A stretch of DNA of 64,000 bases from Nitrosopumilus sp. (GTDB lineage: Archaea > Thermoproteota > Nitrososphaeria > Nitrososphaerales > Nitrosopumilaceae): positions 1,888,001 to 1,952,000 of the forward strand of contig OZ244651.1 of NCBI GenBank assembly GCA_965218695.1, read 5' to 3'. Positions 38,389 to 47,656 of the stretch are shown here, piece by piece. The notes beneath the pieces are model-generated. The model was not told the DNA's origin. It made no database searches and saw only the letters and a program-made list of their open reading frames with translations. How positions within the stretch are numbered: position 1 is the stretch's first letter; every line of letters begins with the position of its first letter. The translations under genes and the position numbers were made by a program.

Positions 38389-38691
38389 TATTTAAAAGAG
38401 ATTCTCATTTTATATGTATAGAACAGACGTGTGTTAGGTTTACCAACAAATATTAAAATAATAACGATTTCTGAGATGGTGCCACAGACTTTTGATGAAC
38501 AGTCATCTCAAACCTGTCCAATGACAGACAGAACAAAATTTCCATGAATTGAGGCGCATAATGACATGCAAGAACGCCATAATATATCGGATATTGGAAG
38601 AATTCAGAATCCATAGATTCCAATGTTGTGCCTGGACTTCGGCATATGCCCCAAAAGATGGGCTTAAATAATTAGAAATGTTTTGTTCACC

Positions 38692-38784
38692 GGGCTTGTG
38701 GCGCAGAGTCGGTTTGACGCGAAGTATGGATAGCGTGGTAGCCTCCTAAGTTACAGGTCGAGGGATCGAAGCCCTCCAAGCCCG
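38692..38784 (+). tRNA. tRNA-Arg(CCT) with an 18-nt non-canonical intron in the D-loop (38707-38724)
   Basis: Removing AGTCGGTTTGACGCGAAG gives GGGCTTGTGGCGCAGTATGGATAGCGTGGTAGCCTCCTAAGTTACAGGTCGAGGGATCGAAGCCCTCCAAGCCCG, a normal cloverleaf with anticodon at 38745-38747; TTAAATA box ~25 bp upstream. Confidence 0.9.
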
Positions 38785-38870
38785 TCTTATTTCAAACTAC
38801 AATAGAAAATATGCGTAATCCAGAACTTTTTCAAACTCCGCGTTGACGTTAGTCCTGCTGTCAAAAATTT

Positions 38871-40187
38871 ATGATCCATCCAATTAAAACCAGAATATGC
38901 CGGTTCATACTGTTGTCGGAACAGAAAACAAGTGACCTGCAAAAAGAGAACAAGGCTCTCAGAGACATGATCAAGCGCCAGGACGCTGACATCAAGCGCC
39001 AGGACGCTGACATCAAGCGCCAGGACGCTGACATCAAGCGCCAGGACGCAGCTGCCAGGCACGAGCAAAGCCTGTGGCGCACACGGGACGGCTCCGAGTC
39101 CGGAGCCGCAGGAGAGCCCGCCCTGCTGCACCGCGTGGAGGTGCTTGATGAGATCATCAGAGTCGGGAAAAATCTTCATGACGCGACGCTGAAGCGCAGG
39201 GAACAGTTCCAATACATGCTTGACAGGGCCGAGGCGTGGATAAGGCAAAGCGGCAAATCCCCGCTCTTCAGGAGTGACGAGACGAGGGCGTCGGATCCCG
39301 GGAACCGCTGCAAGCTGTACCCAAGGCACGCGCTGCTCATGTCACTGATGTACAAAAAGGGCAACCCCACGCAGGGCGTGCTTGCGGCATTCTTTGGAAT
39401 AGACCAGGCGACCGTGTCCCGGTATATCGATGTACTAGACGGGGTGCTTGAGGCGGTGCTGCCCACCGCTGCCAACATCTCAAAGGAGATAGAGGACACG
39501 GAGACAAAAGAGGATCTCAAAAAAATAATTTCCGGGCCTGACGGGGGCATTATGATGATCGACGGCACGCACTGCCCCATACAGAGGCCGGACGAAAAAC
39601 AGATGAGGAGCATGATGTATTCTGGCAAGAAGAAGAAATTCACGCTCAACACCACCGTGTGCATAAACGAAAACGGGGTGATAGTCGCCATATCCGGCAG
39701 CACCGTGGGATCCGTCCACGACATCACGCTGCTCAGGGAGAGCCCGCTGCCATTTGGAAAATGGTGGGACCGCATGTGCGACGAGAACACCCCCGAAGAG
39801 GACAGGATCCACACCCTTACTGACCGCGGCTACAAGGGAATTGCAAAGGATCTGCCCGGCACAAACACCCTGCAGCCGCACAAGAAGACCAAGAACCACA
39901 AGCGCTTTACAAAGGAGGAAAAAGAGCACAACCATAAAATCAACTCCGCCCGGGTAAAGGTGGAGCACTCCATCGGCAGGCTGAAGCGGTACGGCCGGCT
40001 TACCGCGCCATACAAAGGAAAGATTGGCGACTTTAACAGGGAATTTAACATAATAGCCGGGCTTGTAAACCTGGACCTCGTGTGGAACTACCTGGAGAAG
40101 GGACCGCCTCCTTCAGGCGGCAATCTGGGGCCGGTGATAAACTGGGAACAGGCAAACGCCCCCGGCAGCGCCGTCTCAAACAATTAA
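38871..40187 (+). mobile_element. IS5-like (ISL2/DDE_Tnp_4) transposase; element ends not resolved
   Basis: FGIDQATVSR HTH, IDGT.CPIQRP, YSGKKK, GSVHD, DRGYKG, RVKVEHSIGRLK. Confidence 0.9.
38970..39049 (+). repeat. 3.8 x 21-bp tandem repeat encoding the heptad IKRQDAD
   Basis: Perfect unit ATCAAGCGCCAGGACGCTGAC. Confidence 0.96.
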
Positions 40188-40669
40188 TCCCGTGCACATC
40201 GTGGTGCTGCAAGGCTGCGCACGTTATTTCGTATTTCGGGCAGGACAGGATCCCCACATGGCTAACATGGCGAGAATTAAATCAGAATTTTTAATATTTT
40301 CCGGAATTTTCCGGTTTAATCCAGCGAAATGGAAGGATTACGCATAGCTTCTAATATACGAAAAGGCATGTCCATACAATGACACAACACAGAAATGATA
40401 TGGCCACAATAACGGTAATGCATGTGGGTGTTACGTCTCGCAGGACATTTTCTGTCAAAAATACTACAAGAGGGATTAGATAAATGGTTCAAAATTGGCA
40501 AGAATGCAAATGACCAGCGGTAATAATTCCCATATGGGTGGTGTCTGGCATGGCAGACTCGTGTTATTTTATTCTCTATACTCTAGTGGACCCGCACGAC
40601 GTTTGCCGTCAGATTTGCTGACCAGTACCCCCAGATCTGCCGTAAATTCCCGTCTGAAAAAGAATAATC

Positions 40670-42409
40670 CTAGACCCTGTATGTGAGCCTGGTTCGCATG
40701 CTAAGTGCGACAACTGAGACTATGGCCGTTGCCAGAACTGCCATGGCAATTACGCCAAACTCTGGCACGATGACTTCCACAGTCTCCATCTTGAGCAGGA
40801 TCAGGTCAATCTGTTCATTGACCTCTGATACAGGGGCGCCATTGCGTATCATGCTGCGCAGTTCCTCGCGCATCAGAATCTCTACTTCTTCCATCAGTTC
40901 CCTCTCTCCGGCCTCAACCAGTGGTCCTTCCAGGAATTCATAGTTGTCCAGGTACGCCTTGGTGACATAACTCAGTGCAAGATCAGCGTTTCCGCCCTGA
41001 TACTCGGACTTTGCGTCCGCAAGCAGGGTTTGGATTGTTTCCACATAGTTGGACAGACCGTCGCCTTCTTCCTCAACTCCGGTAATCTCGTCAATCTCGT
41101 GAATTATTCCGCCTGCCAGCGTCTCGATGGTGTCTGGATCCTCATAGGTGTCGTATGCAGCCCAGAGTTCCTCATAGATCCCCTCGATCTCTTCGGCCTC
41201 GTGTGAATCTACATTAGACTTTATCTCGTTGAAGATCTGCTGGGAACGCCACACGAAGGCGGAGCCGTCTTGGAACTCTGCGACCTCTACAATGACGCCG
41301 TCGGCTATCGCCTCGCCGTACTCTGCAATGGACGTCTCTAGGAGGCCCTTCATGAGTAGCAGCTTAAAGTTGGGGTCGGCACTCAACGCGTCGTTTATGA
41401 CTGCACTGCGGACCGTCTCTACCAAGTCCTTTGCATCATCGACTGAGGCTTGGGCCTGTGAGCGTGACACGTCAACTGAGGCCGTGTCCTTTAGTTCCAG
41501 CAAGAGGGTTCGGAATTCTGCATCAAGGGAAGGGTCGGCAGCCTGGAGTGTAGGCTTCATGGAGTCGTACAGTTCTGCGATTGGGTGAGTCGCGTGGACC
41601 ACTGCAAGCTCTGCGTTCCTCTCGTCCAAGTTAAGTTCTATGGCCCAAAAGTGTCCGAGTGCCTCCTCAAGGCCTCCTGCAAATGCCAGGTCTGCCTCGT
41701 GGCTTGCCTCTGTAATCTCGTCAATCTCGTGAATTATTCCGCCTGCCAGCGTCTCGATGGTGTCTGGATCCTCATAGGTGTCGTATGCAGCCCAGAGTTC
41801 CTCATAGATCCCCTCGATCTCTTCGGCCTCGTGTGAATCTACATTAGACTTTATCTCGTTGAAGATCTGCTGGGAACGCCACACGAAGGCGGAGCCGTCT
41901 TGGAACTCTGCGACCTCTACAATGACGCCGTCGGCTATCGCCTCGCCGTACTCTGCAATGGACGTCTCTAGGAGGCCCTTCATGAGTAGCAGCTTAAAGT
42001 TGGGGTCGGCACTCAACGCGTCGTTTATGACTGCACTGCGGACCGTCTCTACCAAGTCCTTTGCATCATCGACTGAGGCTTGGGCCTGTGAGCGTGACAC
42101 GTCAACTGAGGCCGTGTCCTTTAGTTCCAGCAAGAGGGTTCGGAATTCTGCATCAAGGGAAGGGTCGGCAGCCTGGAGTGTAGGCTTCATGGAGTCGTAC
42201 AGTTCTGCGATTGGGTGAGTCGCGTGGACCACTGCAAGCTCTGCGTTCCTCTCGTCCAAGTTAAGTTCTATGGCCCAAAAGTGTCCGAGTGCCTCCTCAA
42301 GGCCTCCTGCAAATGCCAGGTCTGCCTCGTAATCTGCAAATGCGATCTGAGAAGAACCAGTTATGCCAATAAATGCTACAAATAACAGAACTAAGCTGTA
42401 TTTCATCAT
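40670..42409 (-). CDS. Secreted acidic helical protein with PEFG-CTERM sorting signal; probable metal (iron)-binding partner of FTR1
   Basis: Signal peptide; two copies of a His/Glu-rich domain (GH..HATHPIAE..EY.EA..EFQD); AYLDNYEFLE domain; VPEFG + TM. Confidence 0.88.
   Translation of the reverse strand: MMKYSLVLLFVAFIGITGSSQIAFADYEADLAFAGGLEEALGHFWAIELNLDERNAELAVVHATHPIAELYDSMKPTLQAADPSLDAEFRTLLLELKDTASVDVSRSQAQASVDDAKDLVETVRSAVINDALSADPNFKLLLMKGLLETSIAEYGEAIADGVIVEVAEFQDGSAFVWRSQQIFNEIKSNVDSHEAEEIEGIYEELWAAYDTYEDPDTIETLAGGIIHEIDEITEASHEADLAFAGGLEEALGHFWAIELNLDERNAELAVVHATHPIAELYDSMKPTLQAADPSLDAEFRTLLLELKDTASVDVSRSQAQASVDDAKDLVETVRSAVINDALSADPNFKLLLMKGLLETSIAEYGEAIADGVIVEVAEFQDGSAFVWRSQQIFNEIKSNVDSHEAEEIEGIYEELWAAYDTYEDPDTIETLAGGIIHEIDEITGVEEEGDGLSNYVETIQTLLADAKSEYQGGNADLALSYVTKAYLDNYEFLEGPLVEAGERELMEEVEILMREELRSMIRNGAPVSEVNEQIDLILLKMETVEVIVPEFGVIAMAVLATAIVSVVALSMRTRLTYRV
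41082..42330. repeat. Tandem duplication with 630-bp period (41082-41700 = 41712-42330)
   Basis: No mismatch seen over 619 bp; shadow ORFs 41229..41588 and 41859..42218 are identical. Confidence 0.95.
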
Positions 42410-42505
42410 TAATGTGGCCTGCAGTTAATTATTAAATGGTTGTAAAGTTATTCAAACATGTTTTATTAATATGGAACAGAGATATGTATCGTATAAAACC
42501 AAATG

Positions 42506-43708
42506 TATACCAGCAATGAAAAATTCATATCAAAATCGCTCATAAATTTTTGATGCGACATCCATCTCTGGAAATTACGAGGTGCGTTGAATTCCCAAAT
42601 GACGAGAAAAGACGCCCCGAACATTAGACATTGCATGCTCTGATGCGCCGTGCATGGCACACGCTAGGCGGCGTGGATCCGGTGTGGTTTGATGTCGTTC
42701 TAGATGGCCCTGTACAGAAAATTCTCGACTACCAGATTTGGTTTTTTGTACCTCGCGTACCTGGTGATCGCCTCGCGGAGCATGCTCAGGCTGGTGTACG
42801 GCACGTCAAGCACTGCCCGTTTGAGATCCCTCCAGTACGTCTCTATGGCGCTCAGGTCCGGGGTCGCAGTTGGCAGGAAGATTATCTCCAGGCCGTCTGT
42901 GCCATCAAGCAGTTTGCGTATGTTTGATGCCCTGTGCTGGGAGGCCTTGTCCATGATCAGGCAGATCTTCTTGAACCTGTACATCGCCTGCCTTAGAAAG
43001 TCCTCAAAGGTGTCCTTGGTAAACGCATCGTACTGCCGGAACATGCCCCTGCCGTCCGTGGTGATTAGTCCATGGATTATCGTCTTGGAGTGTGAGCCGG
43101 TGTACGTGAAAAACGCCCGTATTCCCTTCCTGGTGTAGCCGCGTCTTCGCGGCCGCGCATCGGAGATTACTATGGACTCGTCCTGTATCGCTACGACTGT
43201 TCCTTCACTGTTCTTTTTTTTATAAGCTCTGGCATCTCTTTTTGGAATTTCCTGATCTCCTCGTCAGGCGCCCTTCTTGCATGTTTTCCTACGGGAACCT
43301 TTTGGGAATAGCCCCACCCGCGCAGTATCTGGCGCACATATCCGAGTTCGTACTTCACTCCGGTCTTCTGTTGGATGTATTGCTGCATCTCCATGCCAGT
43401 CCAGACAGGTTTCCTGCATGCGGCCTTTCTGATCTTCTTCATGTCTGCCTTGCTCGCCTTGGTCGGCCTGCCGGAGCGCGGCATGTTTCCCAGCCTGTCA
43501 AATCCGACTTCCAGGTAGCGCTCGTGCCACTTGTAGCCCCACGAGGCTGACTTTCCCAGGGATTTTGCAGAATCCCTCATGGTTATTCCATCACGTTTGA
43601 CTCTGATGATCAGCATCATGCGGTCCTTGGTATCGCAGTCTGTCTCAGCGGCGTATCTTTTCAACATCGTCTTGATCTTCATTGACTGTGGGACGTGAAA
43701 TTGGTATA
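42506..43708 (-). mobile_element. IS630-family element; transposase 43682->42700 split by a -1 frameshift at an A8 run
   Basis: HTH/RSGRP N-terminal ORF; the -1 frame gives QDES..MDKASQH..LPTATPDLSAIE.YW; short TATACCA/TGGTATA inverted ends including TA (ends tentative). Confidence 0.85.
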
Positions 43709-44182
43709 ACTTTAGATGTGGTAAAATATGTGACAATCGCATCAACTTTTCACTTTTGGTATATGTCTGGTCTGCATTCTGGTTAGGCATCAATTTGAGA
43801 GTTGCAGTCATGGAATCATGGAAGGGTGTTGCCAAGTTTCTAATATTATCCGGGTTCGGCATCATCATACTGAAAGACCAAGGACGACTAGCCTATTTGC
43901 TCAATGCAGAAAGATGTGTGTCCACGCCGGTTACGCAAAAAGTTTAATCTTTGGCGGCTAACGAATCGGATTTATGAGTATATTCCACGCCTAAGAAATG
44001 AGAAAATTGCACTAGTGAAGGTGTGTTTGAACACACAGTATGTGGGCACAACAATTGCATACGGTTGATATTGTCATTCTGCATTTACCGCATTTTGCTA
44101 GCGTCTTTGTCTGACAATCACACAGGCGACACAATTCGATCTTCATATCTTTCACTTCAAAAAAATTAAGGTGTTTCGTTTG

Positions 44183-44494
44183 TCATCTTGACAGAAACGA
44201 AAGGAGAGGCATGGCATTCCACTCGTATATCGAATACTCCAATAACCCAGAGCAGATCGCGTCATATTTCTGATAAAACTCGTTTGCTTCCTGTTGTGTT
44301 CCTTCAAAGACGGTCATGGATGTAGCATTGTCATCAAACATTCCAGACCACATAATTTTCCCTCGGGACTGCCATGAATCTGTCAGATCCTGAATCGATG
44401 ATGAAATTCTTTGGGGATCGCTGATGGACACGTCCTCTTTTAACACAGTTATAATAACCCAATTTTTTGTTTCCTGCATTTGTTGTTGACTCAT
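44183..44494 (-). CDS. Small hypothetical protein (possibly YciI-like dimeric alpha/beta barrel)
   Basis: 103-aa ORF with AT-rich promoter; GKIMWSG.F..SMTVFE pattern. Confidence 0.65.
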   Translation of the reverse strand: MSQQQMQETKNWVIITVLKEDVSISDPQRISSSIQDLTDSWQSRGKIMWSGMFDDNATSMTVFEGTQQEANEFYQKYDAICSGLLEYSIYEWNAMPLLSFLSR

Positions 44495-44835
44495 AATTGT
44501 GCCACAATAACTGTTCTAATAAAATTTTTGTTGGATTTATTTTTTTATTACATGTTATTAGAGCGACATGTTAATTGTAACAGAGTTAAACTACAAGACC
44601 TGTATGATCGTTGATTAATCCCAACGTTACGCAGCGTATGGGATTTTAAGGATTTCATAATCGGGTATGCCATGCCTACAAAGGATGTGTTGGACAAACT
44701 ATGCACCAACCATCAACACTGAAATTCTGACTGAATTATCCACATGGTGTTGGCTCAACCGGTTACGCATGCTACCGGCAGACGCTTTGTGGCAGACAGA
44801 CGGAAATATAAGGATCGGTGTGAGGGATTCAGGGT

Positions 44836-45375
44836 ATGAGGGTCGTAGTGATATCAGGCAGCCCGAGAAAGGACGCAGTAACGCAGGTGATGATGAAGTA
44901 CGTCTTCGAGTACGCAAAGTCAAAAAACCCGGATACGAAGCTGATCAATCTCTCAGGAGGCCAGATAGAGTGCTATCGCGGTTATGGCGAGCAGTACAAC
45001 GAGGCCACGATGGAGGCGGCAAGGGACATCACAGAGGCCGACGTCTGGCTGGTCGGCACCCCGATCTACAACTCGTTTTTCAGTTCTGCGCTAAAGAACC
45101 TCTTCGAGTACATAAACTACAAAAAGACGTCCGGAAAGGTTGCAGGCATGGCAATCATGGCAGCAGGCAACATAGGGTTTACAGACGTGCAGACGCTGCT
45201 CACGCAGCTGATGTCATACTTTAGGGTGGTGGCAAACCCAAAGGCGGTATACCTTACCACCGAATCAGTCAGCGGGAATGCCGTCTCGGATTCAGGGGCA
45301 CAGGACAGGCTAAGAGAGATGGTCGACGAGACGCTGGAGATGGCCTCCAAGCTACAGACGTCAGGTCAGTCATGA
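44836..45375 (+). CDS. NADPH-dependent FMN reductase
   Basis: ISGSPR, TPIYNS..S.LKN flavodoxin-like motifs. Confidence 0.92.
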   Translation: MRVVVISGSPRKDAVTQVMMKYVFEYAKSKNPDTKLINLSGGQIECYRGYGEQYNEATMEAARDITEADVWLVGTPIYNSFFSSALKNLFEYINYKKTSGKVAGMAIMAAGNIGFTDVQTLLTQLMSYFRVVANPKAVYLTTESVSGNAVSDSGAQDRLREMVDETLEMASKLQTSGQS

Positions 45376-45451
45376 CAAACCCCATCATAGAACATGGGTA
45401 CGGCAGGGAGGTCCTGCAAAGGTCAAATATTGATACGGTTGTAATGCTGGT

Positions 45452-45568
45452 GTGAAGGATCCCACCGAGATGTGCCCCTGCAAGTGTCATTACGGGGGGG
45501 CCGTAAGCTGCCCCGGGTGCAAGGACAATCACGAAATATCATGCAGTCACTGCAAGGGCATAAACTAG
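45452..45568 (+). CDS. 38-aa Cys/His-rich microprotein (MKDPTEMCPCKCHYGGAVSCPGCKDNHEISCSHCKGIN), metallothionein/zinc-finger-like; not in the ORF track
   Basis: GTG start ~25 bp after AAATATT; 7 Cys + 3 His in CxCxCH, CxxC, CxHC; stop 4 nt from the convergent gene's stop. Confidence 0.68.
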   Translation: MKDPTEMCPCKCHYGGAVSCPGCKDNHEISCSHCKGIN

Positions 45569-45572
45569 CCTG

Positions 45573-45920
45573 TTACGGGCCGCCCCTGTCTGAGGCAGTC
45601 TCGGTATAGCTTATGGCGCCAACCTGTTTTTCGGCCTTTGGGAGCTGCTCCTGATCGCCGGAGGTTGTTATGGAGATTATCGGCACGCCTACGGTAGACT
45701 GTCCTCCTGCATCATGGGCGATGGAAAGCTTGTGCACATAGTCGGCACTCTTTTGGGCCAGCCAGCACATGAGTGTCAGAAACCAAGTGATTGGGACTGC
45801 CATGGTGAATATAAAGTTCAGTACGGGAGCCCAGTCAATAAAGTAGAACCACAGGCCGGTCAGAACGGCCGCAAAGGCGCCTGTCGAGACGGTGGCCAGC
45901 TGATTTCCCATATAGCCCAT
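45573..45920 (-). CDS. Two-TM hypothetical membrane protein
   Basis: Two hydrophobic helices; TATA-like element upstream. Confidence 0.75.
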   Translation of the reverse strand: MGYMGNQLATVSTGAFAAVLTGLWFYFIDWAPVLNFIFTMAVPITWFLTLMCWLAQKSADYVHKLSIAHDAGGQSTVGVPIISITTSGDQEQLPKAEKQVGAISYTETASDRGGP

Positions 45921-45983
45921 GAATTATGTAGGAATTCGTGTTTTATATTAGTAATGTTATGGCGGGAGGAGGAGGAATCCGGA

Positions 45984-46217
45984 TTATTCCGGGGGCGCAG
46001 ACTCCATCTCAGATATGCGTGACTGAAGGATGTCGATCCTCTTGAGCATGTCCAGCCTCAAGTCCCGCGCAACCCTCCTCACGGTAGGTCTTGGGACTTC
46101 AAGATCAGCGACTATCTTGGTGTATATGTCCTGCTTGTCTGTAATGCCCTGTTCTATACAGGACTCGATTGCCTTTTTGATCTCCACGGTCTGGTTTGTC
46201 TGGTTTGTCTGGTTCAA
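45984..46217 (-). CDS. Small HTH-like hypothetical protein (TTG start, N-terminal NQT x3)
   Basis: IYTKIVADLEVPRPTVRRVAR helix-turn-helix; TATATAT box ~25 bp upstream; the longer ORF-track start lies inside the IS. Confidence 0.72.
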   Translation of the reverse strand: MNQTNQTNQTVEIKKAIESCIEQGITDKQDIYTKIVADLEVPRPTVRRVARDLRLDMLKRIDILQSRISEMESAPPE

Positions 46218-46300
46218 TGGGTTCAAATACCGATCATCATATATATAATTACTATAATCTCTGCCGCACCAGAACGCCTGCGGCATCAGGAGGTATTCTG

Positions 46301-47656
46301 AACTTTGTTTCCTAATTACTCTCGACACAGATACCAGTCTGTGCAATTCTGTCTATGTCATCGTCTTGCCCCCTCATCCCTTGCAGTTTTTGGACCGGGC
46401 TTGTAGACTTGCACGATCCTTGGCGTGCCGTACCCGCCGTCGATCGCAGTATCGATCATCTGGTTGTACAGCTGCACTTTTCCGTATATCTCGGCCTTGA
46501 CGTTCTCCCACTTGCGCGCGCTTATGCACTCGCCCAACACCCGCTTGAACGTGGAAAATACAATCTCGACTGACCACCGGTCGTTGTACCCGGACTCCCT
46601 GCGCCACGCCTTCTGGAATTCCCTCTTTTGTTCGCGCGTGAGGCCTGCAAACTTGAGTCCTGCCGTCTTGTCCATGCAGTCCATGCCACCCAGCTGCCTG
46701 AATCCTGCCTCCTTGCGGGGCATGCACCCGTCTGCCTTTCCGGCAAAGTCAATGCGGACGGGAATCAGCGGCTCGATTCCCTGTTCGTCGCAGTACCTGC
46801 GGATCTTCTTGGTGTCGTACGCGCCGTCGGCTGCCGTCTTGGTGCTTGCAGAAGTCTCTACGTTTGGGGATTTTTTTGCATTTGCAAGGGCCTGCCCCAC
46901 CAGTTCCTCAAACTGCGGAGAGTCCCCGCACTTGTCGTCGGTTATGGCCACGGCGTAGATCTTTTTGGTTTTGGCATCCACCCCGACGTGCAGCTTTATG
47001 AAGCCCCGCCTGGTCCCCCACTTTTTTGTCATCCAGTCGCCGCGGTTTGTGGGCTTGAGTCCAGTGGAGTCGAAGGCAAACAGCTTGATCTCTGCTCTGG
47101 TGTTGCCGTCTGAGAACCACGCAGAAGCCGTGCCGCTGCCATCATCATTATCTGCAACAGTGCAGCCCAACCTGGTCATCCTCTTCTGGAACACCGAATA
47201 CGTGGGCGCGTCTTCCCTGCCGACTATCGTCTCTGCCACGCCCTGGAGCTGCCTGTACCTTATGCCGGTGGCGTTTCTGAACAGGGATGCTGCTGCAAAG
47301 CACGCGTTTGAAAATACGTACGGGCGGCCGACCTTCCCGCAGTTTAGCTTCTCGACTCCCTGAGTCAGGATCTCCGGGCTTATCTGGAGCGTCCACAGCT
47401 GGCCGCGGTCTATGTACCTGCGGTCATCGTATTGGAACCGGCGTTTTCCGGATTTGAAAGATTTTTTAGCCTCATGCGTGCCCGTTTTGTCTGGAGAGGA
47501 TGTGTTTTCAGTCATGGCTGTAACCTGACTGTCTGCACACCTCTCTGATCAATGCAGTTTTCTATTGAAAATGTTTGATATTATGTTCAAATTCAGCTGA
47601 TCTGGCCTAATTCTGGACATGTTGGGCGTGGTTGGGAATAATTAGGAAACAAAGTT
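46301..47656 (-). mobile_element. Complete IS5-family (IS903-group-like) element
   Basis: Perfect 18-bp TIR AACTTTGTTTCCTAATTA (46301-46318 / 47639-47656); 8-bp TSD GTATTCTG (46293-46300 / 47657-47664). Confidence 0.95.
46358..47515 (-). CDS. IS5-family transposase
   Basis: GRPYVFS, YRQLQG, DSTGLK, FIKLHVGVD, ADGAYD, Y..RWSVE.VFS.FK. Confidence 0.95.
   Translation of the reverse strand: MTENTSSPDKTGTHEAKKSFKSGKRRFQYDDRRYIDRGQLWTLQISPEILTQGVEKLNCGKVGRPYVFSNACFAAASLFRNATGIRYRQLQGVAETIVGREDAPTYSVFQKRMTRLGCTVADNDDGSGTASAWFSDGNTRAEIKLFAFDSTGLKPTNRGDWMTKKWGTRRGFIKLHVGVDAKTKKIYAVAITDDKCGDSPQFEELVGQALANAKKSPNVETSASTKTAADGAYDTKKIRRYCDEQGIEPLIPVRIDFAGKADGCMPRKEAGFRQLGGMDCMDKTAGLKFAGLTREQKREFQKAWRRESGYNDRWSVEIVFSTFKRVLGECISARKWENVKAEIYGKVQLYNQMIDTAIDGGYGTPRIVQVYKPGPKTARDEGARR

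Noticed and set aside
38852-40462. Terminal inverted repeats for the ISL2-like element (GTCCTGC at 38852; GCAGGAC at 40240 and 40440; CTGTCAAAAAT twice)
   Set aside because: Only 7-bp inverted matches, two alternative right ends and no TSD; ends cannot be assigned
43683-43868. N-terminal extension of the IS630 ORF
   Set aside because: Extends beyond the likely element end at 43708; chance open frame
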